A DNA stretch of 64,000 nt from Squalus acanthias (taxonomy: Eukaryota), in assembly GCA_030390025.1 (NCBI GenBank), contig CM059431.1, positions 123,878,001 to 123,942,000 on the forward strand. The letters are read 5' to 3'. The position numbers and the translations under genes are program-made. Position 1 is the stretch's first letter, and each line of letters opens with the position of its first letter. Positions 13,064 to 26,084 of this stretch are shown one piece after another. The notes under the pieces are model-generated. The model saw nothing but the letters and a program-made list of their open reading frames with translations, did no database searches and was not told the origin of the DNA.

Positions 13064-13254
13064 GATAGCAAAATACTGCGGATGCTGGAAATCTGAAATA
13101 ACAACAGAAAACGCTGGAAAAACTCAGCAGGCCAGGCAGCATCCGTGGAGAGAGAAAGAGAGTTAACGTTTCAGGTCGATGACCTTTCGTCAGTTCTGAC
13201 GAAAGGTCATCGACCTGAAACGTTAACTCTCTTTCTCTCTCCACGGATGCTGCC
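13064..13254. mobile_element. Penelope pLTR fragment with inverted duplication and hammerhead motifs
   Basis: 15-bp TSD aggcatggctataac (13049-13063, 13255-13269); perfect 59-bp inverted repeat 13135-13193 / 13196-13254. Confidence 0.9.
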
Positions 13255-14505
13255 AGGCATGGCTATAACTTGGATTCCTATGTCAATAAATCACAGCTCT
13301 GGTTACTCACCTTCAGTTCTATTCAGAGACCTGACTACTGGATTTAAAATTTGGTCCGAATTTTACGATAGGAATAAAGGTGAGATTATCAGCACTCACT
13401 GCGATTAAGGAGTAAATCGAACAGCAACTTCCAATGTCCGCACATGCACAGTTAAATGCGGAAATCAGGAAGTTGCTGTTGGATTGCCCTGCTCCCCCAT
13501 AAGCTTAGCCACACCGGTAACTCGCCAAGAGATTTGGCATTAAAACACATGAATGGCATGAAGTTGAGATACTTACACACTAGATAGTCACTAAACACTC
13601 CAGAAAAAGTTAGGCCTTGTCCATTCAAAAGTAAGTGATTTTTTAACGGCGTGATATATCTTAATTACTACCAAACAACCTCTCTGTCACTGAAATTTTA
13701 CTTTTACAAGTGTGGAGTCTCATTCCTTCAGATTTTAATTATTATTGGAGATTTAAAAAAAATTAACATCATTTTTATTTTTACTTTTTCTTTATGTCTC
13801 TTTTATCTCACTATCTTAATCCCATCTTTCTTTCCCTCTCTTTGCCCAGAATTTTGACGTTAGACCCGTTGGAGTGGGGGGGCCGGTAGTGCGCGGGAAA
13901 CCCAGAATTCTGGGCGTGTGATGTCATGGGCAGGTTCCCTGCCCGGGTGGGGAACACTGAACAAAAAGCTGCAGTCCCAGGTAGGTGCGAGCCCCGAGCC
14001 AAGGGTGGGGGTTCAGAACAAGGAGGGTGGTCCAATCACTGACCTGTTGGGGAGGGGGGGTCCGATCCCTGATACCGGGGGGGTGGGGGGGGGGGTCCGA
14101 TCAGGGGTGTGTGTCCAGTCACCGAACCCAGGGGGTTCCGATCACTGCTAAGGCAGATGCTGTTGCTGAGTGCATTGTCAGCACAGATTTAGCTTTCAGC
14201 AAAGTCGGGATCCACTGTCACCTCATTGGTACAACCTATCACACCATTGACAGATTGCTTCTGTCATTTTTACTTGACCTGCCATTTATTCCATCAGCAA
14301 GGGTGCCATTTATACTGTCTCACCTTGGTCCTCAGAATCGGACCATGATCAGCCCCAACACCAGCAACACCAGACACACCAGCAGCACCAACAACACCAC
14401 CAACCTTCTCCTCAACCAATTAATGCTGCACAGGACAGAGGGCATCAGCGCAGGGCTGCACCGCGCCGGAGGCGGTAACCCCAACACAGGGTATACAGGC
14501 AGAGG

Positions 14506-15539
14506 ATGAGTTTCCTCAACATGACGGAGCAGCAGTGCCAAAGGAGGCTCAGGCTATCGCGCCAGATTGTCGCAGACATTTGCAGATTGCTGGAGCAAGA
14601 CCTGCAGCCCAGAGGAGCTGGTGGACATGCCTTACCAGTGGCTGTCAAAGTCACCAGCGCCTTCAACTTCTTTGCCTCAGGCTCCTTCCAGGGATCTGCA
14701 GCAGACATTTGTGGCATCTCGCAGTCGGCCGCCCACAGATGCATCACACAGGTCACTGATACCCTGTTTGACAAATCAGTCAATTATATCAACTTTGCTA
14801 CTGATGAAGCAAGTGTTACTGAGTGGGTGCTCGGCTTTGCCGCACTGTCTGGCTTCCCACGGGTGCAGGGCGTCATCGACTGCACACATGTGGCCATCAG
14901 GGCACCCCATCATAACCCAGGAGTCTTTGTCAACCGCAAAGGTTTATACTCCCTCAATGTGCAGCTCATCTGCAACCATAGGAAGATCATCATGCATGGA
15001 GGCACCAAATTCCCTGGCAGTTGTCATGACTCTTTTGTCTTGCGTCAGTCCACCCTCCCTCAGCTCTTCGCTCCTCCAGCAGACTTTCTGGCTGGTTGCT
15101 TGGAGACAAGAGCTATCCACTGAAGACGTGGCTCATGACACCCTTGAGGAGGCCAAGTACTGAGGCTGAGGAGAGATACAATGAAAGCCACATGTCCACC
15201 AGATGTGTCATAGAGCAGACAATAGGCATGTTCAAAATGCGCTTCAGATGCCTTGACAGATCTGGAGGAGCCCTTCAGTATGCACCAGCCAGAGTCTCCA
15301 GATTCATTGTGGTCTGCTGCGCCCTGCACAACAGAGCGCAGCAGCGAGGATTAGCACTGCATGAGGAGCAAGGCTCTGAGCACACAGACTCTTCAGAGGA
15401 GGAGGAGGAGGAGGAGCATCAGCTGGAAGGCAAGGAGGAGGAGGAGCTAGAGGAACCTGCAGGCCAGATCCCACCAGCACCTGAGCACATTGCTGACTGG
15501 GAGGCCAGGGATGGCCTCATCATGGCCAGATTTGCTTAA
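14506..15539 (+). pseudogene. Harbinger DDE transposase (frameshift near 15075)
   Basis: [74 protein letters not shown] and an acidic tail; the true start may lie upstream. Confidence 0.92.
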
Positions 15540-15829
15540 CTTCAGGCACTATACCCATATGGCTGCCATATGCTGTGCCAGGCTCCCAACACCTCACAGC
15601 AACACCATAAAGCATCTTACAGTGACCAGGCCTTTCCTTTCACACTGACCACCATTGCTGGAGGTAACATTATGTCTCACCATTCACTCCAACTCACTAA
15701 GCCACTTCCAAAGTTGCAGACAAAATTGACCGTGACCGGAAAGTGGTGAAAATAAGAATTTTTATCTGTGACATCACATTAACGGAAACGTCACACAAAC
15801 AGTTATTAAAACATCCAAGTGCTTACCCT

Positions 15830-17708
15830 TATGAATCTATTAGTATTTCATCTTTCTCTTCACGTGCTTCTACAAGATGCTACCCCTATGGCTTCAGCAG
15901 AGGTAGAGGCAGCCTACTCACTTCCCTGCTGCGACTGCATAGATACTTTTGGCGGACGTCCTCTGGGTCTTGGAGCCTGTGATGACCCCGCCAAAGTCTG
16001 TTCCTCCTGTGAGTGTGCAGGGGCAGACTTGGCCATCGCGATCCCAGGAGGCAAATGGGGTTCTGACTGAGGGGAAGGCAATGGGGGAGAAGTGTGAGCG
16101 CTTTGAGAGGAGCCCCATTTCCATGTCCACTCTCACCGTCATCCCTCTCATGCGCCACCCGCAAGGAGGTGGAGAGCACCTTGCTGCATAGCAGTGGGGC
16201 CATGAGGACCCAAGTCTACATTTACATCCCTCCTAGACAGGAGGTCTATGAGCGTCTGCCATCTATTCTCCATAGATAGCCATCTATTCTCCATAGATTC
16301 CATGTGCTCCTGTGAGTGGTGCATTAGTTGCTCCATGCAGGTGGCCATCCTTTTCATGGAAAAGCCTACAGTCGCCATCGCCTGCGTCATGGTAGTGCTC
16401 ATGTTGGAGATTGACTCCTCCATTCTCTGCACATTTGCAGACATTACGGTCGCAATACTGTCAAAGCCTCCTGCACTTCTTGCTGCACCTCCAGGATCGC
16501 CCTCTTTCTGGATGGCCCCCGAGGCTGAGTGTCTGCATGCAGCTGAGCAGAGCTGGGAGCATCCTGCGCTCTCCGGTGAGGAGTCTCCACTGCTGTCCCT
16601 GTCTCCACCATCTCCTTTTGCTCACTTGTGACTTGTGAGACACCAGGTGACAACACTACTCTATCTTGCGTGGGAACCACCGAGGTGTGCGTATCTGCGC
16701 TGGTGCTGGGTGCTCTTATGTCTGGTGACGGTGCACCCTCAAAGGTTGGAGGCTCCTCTGAGGAGTCGTCTTCCTCTTCCTCCTGGGCAGTGTGAGGGGG
16801 CTGTTGATGGACCTGTGGGAGAGTAAATAGATGATTTAGAAATGTCATATCAAGAATGGGTAACAATACCATTATGCACATGATGAACATTCAGTGGCTG
16901 CTGGCATCAGTCCCCATCTGAGTGACTGCATATATGCCATGTGGTTGTATGAGATATAATTCTATCACCAGGTTACTGAGATGTCCCCCTCTCTCCGTCT
17001 CCCACTTCCTGCTGCTCTGCGACTCCTGAGACTTCCAGGGCAACCTGCTCTGCTGCAGTTAAGGTGACCAATGATGGAAGGCCACCTCCCGTTCTCTCCC
17101 TTTCCCTCTTATTGTGGGCTCTCTTCTCCTGCAAGGAGGCAAAGAAGAGAAGTTTGAGTGAGAGTGATGAAATGAGTGTAAGGAATGGATGGGTTAGATC
17201 TTTAGAGGGTGACTATGATGGATTGGGGTGGCAATGCAAAATGGCCTCCTTGTGTGTTGTTAGTTGGTTTGATTGCATTAGGATGAGGGTGAGTGTGAGG
17301 GGTGGTTAGTCAGATGGGGAGGTGAGTATGTAGATAAAGAGGGATGGGTGGATATGCAAAGTTAGTTAGTGTGTGTAAGGATGTGCAGGAGCAGGCTTGG
17401 AAATGCAGAGTGATGGGGATGTGATGAGCGACACAGCGGGATGAAGTTGAGTGTGGCTTTACAGTCGCCTTTCCTGATCTAATGAGATCATTGAAGTGTT
17501 TCCGGCATGGCACCCAGGTCCTCCTGACAACATTCCTGCTGTTGACCTCCTCTGCAATCTCCAACCAAGCTCCTTTGGTCTGCTGGGGAGGTCTCTTCCA
17601 CCCATCCGAAGGGAAGAGGACCTCCCGGCATGCTCTCACTCCCTCCACAAGCATATGGAGGGAGTCATCTGTGAATCTGGGTGCAGCCCTCTGCCTCTTT
17701 GCAATCAT
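15830..17708 (-). pseudogene. Harbinger Myb/SANT-like DNA-binding protein, three exons
   Basis: Exon 1 RAAPRFTDDSL..LVE.V....VLF...W.EIAEEVN....RRTW..CRK.FNDL; acceptors ctccttgcag (~17130) and ctctcccacag (~16813); Ser/Glu-rich and coiled-coil exon 3. Confidence 0.8.
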
Positions 17709-18206
17709 GTTTGCAAGTGTTTGGAACACTCCAATGCTGCAGTACAGTGCCTGCACAATCCTAGATAAACCTTCAAATGCAATGTGGCTATGGCTCCTTT
17801 AAATATCTCGGCTGAAAATGCGTCATCGGTGACATCATCAGACCCGCACCATTTAATAGGGCCGAGTAACGCGCAGGGCTGCCTTAATCGGCCCCATTAA
17901 TGGAAAGTCGCTCTCAGGGGCAGAATGGAATCAGGAATGGGGTTGCGACCCGCCACTGTGACCGCCTGCACCCGACCCTCCCAGGTACAGACAATTCCAG
18001 CCTTGCACTTTCTTATGGAAACCACTTTTTTGCTGTGAATGCAAAACAAAAGTATTTGGAAAAGCCTCAAACTTTAACAGCACATCACAGGTACAGATGA
18101 AAACTGATAAAATGAAAAGTTTTGCCAGCTACATCATAGAATAAAATGCTAATTATTTTATTTTTTGATAATACTAATAAAATAATTAATAAAAAAATAT
18201 ATATGT

Positions 18207-19838
18207 GGCCAAGAATTAGCTGAAAAAATAATGGCGTCTGAACAACACAGGCTGTTATTAATGTTCAAATCGGCGAGGAAGAGATACTCTGTGAATTGCG
18301 AATACGCCACAAGTTGCTGGACGATTTGCCCTGCACCACTGTTAGCTTCGTGACAATGCTATCTTGCCTTTATCCTTCCTGTGATTTTCATGAAGTTGCT
18401 TCATTTGCACATTAATTGCCTATTAATCTTGCCACAGAAATTTAAGTCTAGTAGTTAATAGAGTAAGCAACCTTTTAAAAATGTAATAATTGTTACTAAT
18501 TGCCAATCAACTTCTCTTGCCCAGAAAGTTATCAATTAAACATGTGGGGCTGGAATTTACTTACTGAGACAAGTTGGGGGCGGGACAGCTGCCTTCCGGG
18601 TTCTAGTCCCGCCCGCAGCGATGTTCAACGCACAGACGCTATTTTTCCCTGATTGGCCTTGTTAAGCCGCCCTGTGGGCTTGCCAGCCAATTAAGGGAAA
18701 GCTGGTGACAGATGACGTCAGTTGATGATGCTTCATCTGCCGGTTTTCTGAAGGGGACATGAACCATATATTTTTGACAGATGATTTGACAGTGTTTGAC
18801 AGCATTGAGGTGCTGTCAAACACTGACAATCACTGTACAAAGGTGAGCCCTTGCTCCCTGGCTTTCCAATGACTCTCTCCTTAGGATGAAACAGATGGCA
18901 GCTGCAGGTGAGGGTACAGAAGCGATCTGTCACTTCTCCCAATGAGGTGAGGCCACACAAACACTTCAAAGCTTGTCACCTACAGAAAAATTTATACACA
19001 TCAAAAATGACTTTCCCAACATTTCCTTACCTCTGATACTCACCAGTGTCCCATTGCATCCTTCACACCACTTCTGCAGCTGTCATCTATACACAAACAT
19101 TACAACAGACCAACAGCACGCCTCACTTACCCTGGCGGGGTTCCCCGACGTCGGGAAGCCTGCAGCAGAAGTCGCAAAATGGGAAAAAGCCTCTTAACTG
19201 CCTGTTAACTACCTGTTAGCAGGCAGCTAAGTGGCTATAATCCTCTTCCCGCCGGTAGCAGTCGGGTCCCTGTGCAAATCGGGGACCCGATTCCCGGGAA
19301 GATTGGTTGGAGGCGGGTTGGGAGCGGGTTCGGGACCCGCTCCCATTTTTTTTGATTTTCCCAGCAGTCCCGCCTCCAAACCCGCCTCCTCAGGGATGGT
19401 AAAATCCAACCCGTGGAGTCTCATTCCTTCAAGTTGTGAATTGTTGTTGGCGATTTAAAAAATGTCAAATTTTTACATTTTGTTCTTACTTTTCTTTGCT
19501 GTCTTTTCTTTGTGTCTCACTTAATCCAATCTTTCTTTTCCTCTCTTTATTTTTCTTTCTGTCCCTGATTTGAAATTGAATTCACCCACTCTGATTCACC
19601 ATATTTCCCAGTCCTTCCTCTGTTTATTTCTCAATCCTTTAATCTCATTGATTAAGGAGATGCACTGTTTGTCCCATTGTTCACCAAGGTCCCAGATGCC
19701 CTGTTTTCCTCACCTCGCCATTATCAGCTTGCAGTTCCTGCAAATTTGCGGCCAAAATTTTTTAAAACTTAAACATTTACGAATTGTGTAACTAATAGAG
19801 TACGCTGCAAGCTGCCCCGCTCCAGCAAAATCTGGACA
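18207..19838. mobile_element. Harbinger-type MITE containing a nested MITE
   Basis: Ends ggccaagaattagctg / cagcaaaatctggac; homologous to the shell at 1245-8458. Confidence 0.5.
18547..19412. mobile_element. Harbinger-type MITE
   Basis: TIRs gggctggaattta / taaaatccaaccc; 3-bp TSD gtg; removal restores catgtggagtctcattcc of the host MITE. Confidence 0.75.
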
Positions 19839-19890
19839 ATTAATATCAAATCAATAATTGTAATTTGCTGCCGACTTAAGAGAAACCTTT

Positions 19891-20545
19891 TAAGAACATA
19901 AGAACAGGAGTAGCCTATTCAGCACCTCGAGCCTGTTCCTCCATTCAATTAAATCATCGCTCCATTTATCCGCCTCTGATATCCTTTGATACCCTTACCT
20001 AACAAAAATCTAGCGATCTCAGTCTTGAAAGTTTCAATTGATCCAGCATCCAGAGCCTTTTGGGGGAGCAAGTTCCAGATTTCTGCTACCTTTTGTGTGA
20101 AGAACTGCTTCCTGATTTTACTCCATAATGGCCTGGTTATAATTTTAAGATTACGCCCTCTTGCTCTGGATTTCCCCACCAGAAGAAATAGTTTCATCTG
20201 TATCTATCCTATCAAATCTTTTAATAATTTTAAACATCTTGATTAGATCACCCCTCAATCATATATACTCAAGGGGATACAAGCCACATTTATGCAACCT
20301 GTCCTCATCATTTAACCCTTTAAGCCACAGTATAATTCTGGTGAATTTGAGCTGTACCCTCTCCAACACCAGTATATCCTTCCTGAGGTGCAATGACCAG
20401 AACTAAAAGTGATACTCCAGATGAGGTCTGACCAAGGCTCTATACAACTGAAGCATAATTTCCTCCCCTTTGAATTTTAGCCCGCTTGAGATAAAGGACG
20501 ACATTCCATTACCCATTTTGATTGTTTTTTGTACCCGTCCTCCTT
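19891..20545 (-). mobile_element. CR1 LINE 3' fragment
   Basis: taagaacataagaac tail; minus-strand ORF KLF.LVGKSRARG.NLKI...FFTQKV..IWN.LP. Confidence 0.8.
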
Positions 20546-21372
20546 AGTGCTGGAAAATGCAACAGTTGTGCATAAGCATGGCAGAAGTGAACATTTTCAT
20601 ATTTTGTATTTTTGGCCTGGGCAAAAATAATTGCCATTGGTATTGTGATAGATGCAAACATTAATAACCTATGTATGATGACGCCAAATCTGTCCCGTTC
20701 CTTCCTAGAGTAGTGAACCTTGCTGATCTTTGAGAACTGCTGCAGAATTTTGGCTCCAAAAATCAAAAATATTTGGAGATACCATTGCCAAATTTTCTTA
20801 CTGCTTAGAAGAATGTTGACTGATTTTCACAGCTTCTGCCCGGTGGGAATGGTGCTCTGGCTGGACGAACGTGGCCAGTGCGCCACTTACTGCCCCGTTC
20901 CCACTCCCTATGCACACCCCATTTTCTTCAGCACCTTCAGCAGGGTAGTGCATGCACCCACCTATTTGTAATATGCAAATCAGGGTCCTATGCCTGATGT
21001 AGGAAACCAATGCAATTTTAAGATTTCTGGGGGCCAGGAGAAACATAAATGCACCATAATCTTCTGGTCCATTGCCTCAATAGCCTCCCTCCACCAATGA
21101 CCTGTCTGTGAGTGGCCCACCAACTGCTTGCTGGCATTATGGAATTGTGGTCTGGCCCTCAAAGTGACTTGAGCCTCTCAGCAGTGACCTCGGGCATGCT
21201 GCCTGCCCACAGTTAAAATCTACCCCACTGTCTTCAATGGGTGCACCACTATACTAGCAATCTTGATGCTCTAATATCCTCACATGTAAGTACCACGTGA
21301 TAAACCTGTACAAAGACGCCACAAAATATATTCGTCATCAATTTCTGTTTATGTTGTTTCTCCGGGGCTTCA

Positions 21373-21835
21373 GTGTCAGCCGTGGCTCAGTTGGTAGTAC
21401 ACTCATCTCTGAAGTGGAAGGTTGTGGGTTCAAGTCCCACTCCAAAGACCTGAGCACAAAATCTAGGCTGACACTCCAGTGCAGTACTGAGGGAGTGCTG
21501 CACTGTTGGAGGTGCCGTCTTTCAGATGAGACGTTAAACCGAGGCCCTGTCTGCCCTCTCAGGTGGACGTAAAAGATCGCACAGCACTATTCAAAGAAGA
21601 GCAAGGGAGTTCTCCCCAATGTCCTGGCCAATATTAATCCCTCAACCACCATCACAAAAAAAAACAGATGATCTGCTCATTATCACATAGTTGGTTGTGT
21701 GACCTTGCTGTGCACAAATTGGGCCACATTTACTACACTACAACAGAGATTACACTTCAAAAGTACTTCATTGGCTGTAAAGTGCTTAAGGATGTCCTGA
21801 GGTCATGAAAGCCGCTATATAAATGCATGTCTTTC
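21373..21835 (+). mobile_element. tRNA-derived Deu-domain SINE (SacSINE1-like)
   Basis: A box tggctcagttgg, B box ggttcaagtcc, Deu core tgtcctggccaatatt...ccctcaacc and tail cgctatataaatgca. Confidence 0.8.
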
Positions 21836-22909
21836 ATTATTTCTGTGGATCTTCTGCTGAAGTTACGGATTATTGAGAGAACCCCGACGGTAATAAAACC
21901 CCATTAAGAATATATATATTTGGAATGAAGATAAAATAAACTTCAAGAAAATATGTTGCAAGTTTTTTTATCATTTATTCCAACTTTCTACATAGAAATA
22001 TGTACCACTGGAAATTTGCCAGCAATGTAGATTGTTCAACTATTACATAACACATGAGACATTCACATTTTGAAACCCAAAGAGAATTTCCAGCATTTGT
22101 AAGAGGGTGCAATCATTACCTACGTAATAGGTTGAATTTCCTGGGTCTGGGCCAAAGACACTGGATCGCTTCAGTGTGGCCAATATTGGAAAATCAGCTC
22201 GGTGGAGTGCGTACCTGGAAAGATTTTCCTCCATTAATTCAAAAGGCTGAAAATCGGTTGGGTTCCTCTAACATGCTCATTCTGCATTCCTCTGTGTGCT
22301 ATTTTTGGGCAGGCATTAGTTTTTTATAGTTACTGAGTTACCACACAGTTATGATGTATACTATAAAACTTATCACATTTCTGTCTGTATTATTTAACAA
22401 AGTATTATGTATGATAATTGCTGTGTGGATCTCAACATTCTATATCAAATTACATTGAAACTCCTATATCAGGCTTTTTCTATGGGAAATCCCATCACAA
22501 ATGTATCAACATTTAACTGCAAAACCAGTTATGCCTGTAGGTTGTGAGGTGATAGGAGTTTTCAGTATTAAATGCCATGTGGTGTTATAACACAATAGCT
22601 GCCAAATAGTATATTGAGAGCAAATAGTTAAAAAAGCCATTTTAATCTGCATGTAGTTACAGGCTCTGGTCACTGAGTGTCTCTGTATGTTTTTGAAGCT
22701 CCATGAGGTAGCCAGCAGCCAAGTTGCTATAAGAATGTAAAGGAAGTTAAGGATGTATATTGAATGCAAATTTATTGCTTCTTTTAAAAATAATTACAGA
22801 CCTCCCAGATCCCCTTGCACCTCATCCCATCGGCTGACTGTTGTTCAGGGTCCACTATCTGTCAGAAAAAAACAGTTGCCCCAGAACTGCTCCAAAACCT
22901 GTTCCCTCT

Positions 22910-23235
22910 CATGACTGCTCTTCCTCCCTCTTCCTCTCCCCTTCCCTCCTTTCTACACTCCTAATTCCCTTCTCTCTTCCCTCTTCCGTCACTTTTCAAA
23001 CACCCTTCACTCCTACCCTCACTCCTCCTTTCCCCTTCTCCTCCTCTCCACCCTTTCCTGTTCCTCTCCCACCTCCACACTCCCTCATCCTCCTCTCCTT
23101 TCCATCTTTCTCCCCCCTTTCTCGCCTCCCCTTCTCTCCTCCATTTTCCCTTTTCCCTTCTGCTTCCCCATTCTCTCCCTATTACCTTGTCCTCCCCCTC
23201 CTATCTATCTCCTCCCCTCTTTTGCCTGCACCCTC
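22910..23235. repeat. Polypyrimidine (CT-rich) low-complexity tract
   Basis: About 320 bp almost entirely C/T on the plus strand. Confidence 0.85.
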
Positions 23236-23360
23236 TAACCTGCTTGAACTGAATACAGCAGTTTGCCTTGACTCCATGTCTGCATTGGCTTGGGAGATTG
23301 AATAGTAATGCAATAAATATGAGGGGTTATTCGACAATCCAGTGATCCCAATTGGATTGT

Positions 23361-23488
23361 AAAATACTGCGGATGCTAGAAATCCGAAATAACAACAGAA
23401 AACGCTGGAAAAACTCAGCAGGCCAGGCAGCATCCGTGGAGAGAGAAACAGAGTTAACGTTTCAGGTCGAAGACCTTTCGTCAGAACT
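23361..23488 (-). mobile_element. Penelope pLTR fragment with hammerhead motif
   Basis: Minus strand AGTT-CTGACGA-a-AGGTC-ttc-GACCT-GAAAC-GTT-AACT; caattgga on both flanks (probable TSD). Confidence 0.8.
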
Positions 23489-23934
23489 CAATTGGAGTTC
23501 ACTTGCAGGGAATGCGTCTTAGAAAATTATAGGCTGTTTGCCTGAGATTTCCTGAGATGTGTTTTCTGTGAATGCTGGTCCCACTGGGAGATACTGGATC
23601 ATGAAATCACCCCTATTGTAATGTGGTGCTCTTTCCTTTCTCATGCTGTGGTACATGATTTCATCATAGTTAATACATAAGTTTAGTTTATGTCAAAAAT
23701 GGTTGTTGAGCATCTCCATAGTTATATGGGAACATAGGAATGCGCAGGACTGGAAAAGACCATTGGAGTCCCTCCACAGGGCTTCCTTGATCTCCCACTG
23801 TAACTTTGGCTGAATCCCTGGAGTAACGTCGTAAATAACTATTTACACCATTACTCCAGAGTGTCCACTAATCTTCCACCGACGTTACGGCGGGAGATTG
23901 GGAAAGCCTCCGCAGAAATTACAGCCACTTCTTT

Positions 23935-24350
23935 CTTCAAGAAAAAGCTTTCTTTTGAATTTACTAACGCTATCCGCCTCCACTAACTTGCTGAGATATC
24001 TGTTCCACGTATTTACTACCCACCGTGCTAGGTAATTAAATCTAAATTGTCTGTTCCCCTTCCCTTTTCTGAGCTTGAGTATATAGTTCTTGATTACAGC
24101 ATTCATTGTTATGTAAATCAATTATTACAGCTTACTCTATCTAATCCCTTACAATCGTTAAAACTTGATAAGGGCTCCCTGAGCCTTTATCTCTTGAGCA
24201 TAGATCTTCACAGCTTCCTCCATCTCTTTTCAAAATTCAGGTGTCTAACCTTCATATCAGTTTAATTGGAGGTCTCCAAAGCAAAATAGTACAGTAATCA
24301 GAACTCTATGTAGTAATTACAGTGGGGCCAAAACAATGTTCTATACAAGT
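23935..24350 (-). mobile_element. Old CR1-like LINE fragment
   Basis: Minus-strand ...RWVVNTWN..L...VEADSVSKFKRKL, a degenerate CR1 ORF2 C-terminus. Confidence 0.55.
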
Positions 24351-25325
24351 TTGCTACTACCTTTTTGTTATTATGGGACTCGAAATTGGCTATGTTGCGC
24401 CTGTTTTCAGGCATTACGCGGCCTACTAAGGGCCCAATATGGCGGGCAGGAAGTGCGCACACACAAGTGTGCCGATTGGGTAAGCCAAACACGACATGTT
24501 CTTTACCCGCACCTGATGCAGACATTTGACCCTTTGCATATACAATTAAGGGGACTAACGCCTGGTTGAGGTCCCGCTCCAACATTAGTTTGCCCTGAGG
24601 CAGCCTGCGCTATCGCGGCTGCACTCAGGGAAACCAGCCCTACCGAACGCCTGCAATAAAGAAGCTAAGTAACTTAGCTGAATGTGGAGTTGGGAGAAGG
24701 AGGTGTGTTCCTCCCAACCCCACATTAAAGGACCCTCCTGATTTCCGTCGCTCGCAGCCCCAAAATCCCCAACTCCCGATCTCCCACCCCTCTGGCCCCG
24801 AGATGCCCGATTCCTACATTGCTGGCCCCCGCAACTCCCGATCTTCCTGCCCCATGACTCCAGGCCTGCCTCCGCTCATGACCCCATGGCCCCCGACCCA
24901 TACCTGACACATGTTCCCGACCCCCGGCCCAACCCATGGTCCCATGTTGTCTTCCGCCCCCTATCCTCAATTGTACCCCGGACCCACTTACCTGTGGCGC
25001 TAGCAGTGGCCCGATTTTCTGAAGTCATCTCCTCTCTTCAACTGTGGGCTGCAGTGCCACATGAGCTCTATGACAATGAGGTTCAAGGCCCAATATCAGG
25101 GGCACCTCAGACCTTACCATTTTAGGTATATAGCCTGTGCCCCCTGAGCACCCATAACTGGCTGCTCCAGAATTTCTAGACCATATTCCTTCACACTGGC
25201 TAAGTATTTTTAAGGTCTTGTTGCATTTTTAATGCTGTCAAACCACAGTGTTGATGATTTCAATGAGCCATACACCTATACCCCAGATTCTGTGTTGTGT
25301 CCTGTCGTCCACTATCAGTCATATT

Positions 25326-26084
25326 GGCCCGTATTTTCCAATCCCTACGGGTGTGTACGCGCTGTGTACACACCGGTAGGGACATCGGAAATGCCGGTTT
25401 CAGGCATGCCAAGCACATGCACTGAAAACCGGCATTTCCGATCTGTCAAGAATGCTCTTGACAGATCGGATGCCTGCACTAGAAAAGGGCCTCTGCGGGC
25501 GGATAGTTCTGCTTTCTGGAGAACCTCTGCCCGCAGAAAACCCTTAGAAATCTTATGCCTGGTAAAAGCAGGCGTAAGTCCTGCTTTTACCAGCATAAGA
25601 TTTGAAAAAAGTAAAAAAAAAATGTTTTCACTCATTTATCATTTAAAAATACTTTAAAAAAAGGTAAGTTTACTTTTAGCCCGGTAAAAAACTTTAATTA
25701 TTTTTTTCAAAAAATTAAATTTTTGTTTAAAATATTTAATTTATTGTAATTTCAACTCATTTTAAAAATGTGATTATTTAAAACATTTATTTCATGTTTT
25801 ACAGTGTTTTTGGGGTGATCTCCATTCTTATATTTGACAGGTCTATCTGTCAAGTGTATGAAGGGAGATTCCCTTCTTTGATTGGCTCCCCATGGCCCAC
25901 CTGATCCCAGGGATGCTTGCGAACCGCATGCGCCTCTGGGATACGTGGGCCCTGCACACTTGGAGTTGGAGAGGCCCAGGATCGGAACTATACGCAGCTC
26001 GGGAGCCCTCAGGTAAGTCCGTAGATTTTTTTCCAGATCGGAGGCCTCCGCACGCAGGAAGCCTCCGATCGGAAAATACGGCCC
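25326..26084. mobile_element. Harbinger-type MITE
   Basis: TIRs ggcccgtattttccaat / atcggaaaatacggccc (15/17 match); GC-rich ends and AT-rich core. Confidence 0.7.

Larger units (their letters stand above)
13844..18002 (+). mobile_element. Near full-length degenerate PIF/Harbinger DNA transposon
   Basis: Convergent transposase (+) and Myb/SANT (-) genes; degenerate TIRs gcccagaatt / aattccagcc; inserted in a MITE starting at ~13352. Confidence 0.85.

Noticed and set aside
14506..15539. Domesticated host HARBI1 or MSANTD genes
   Set aside because: Frameshifts and stops, flanking TIRs, multiple copies and the convergent two-gene transposon layout
21373..21450. tRNA genes (also ~11225-11299 and 55023-55080)
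   Set aside because: These are SINE heads followed by Deu/V domains and LINE-derived tails, without a full cloverleaf
22841..23305. 154-aa Pro/Ser/Phe-rich ORF
   Set aside because: Translation of a CT low-complexity tract
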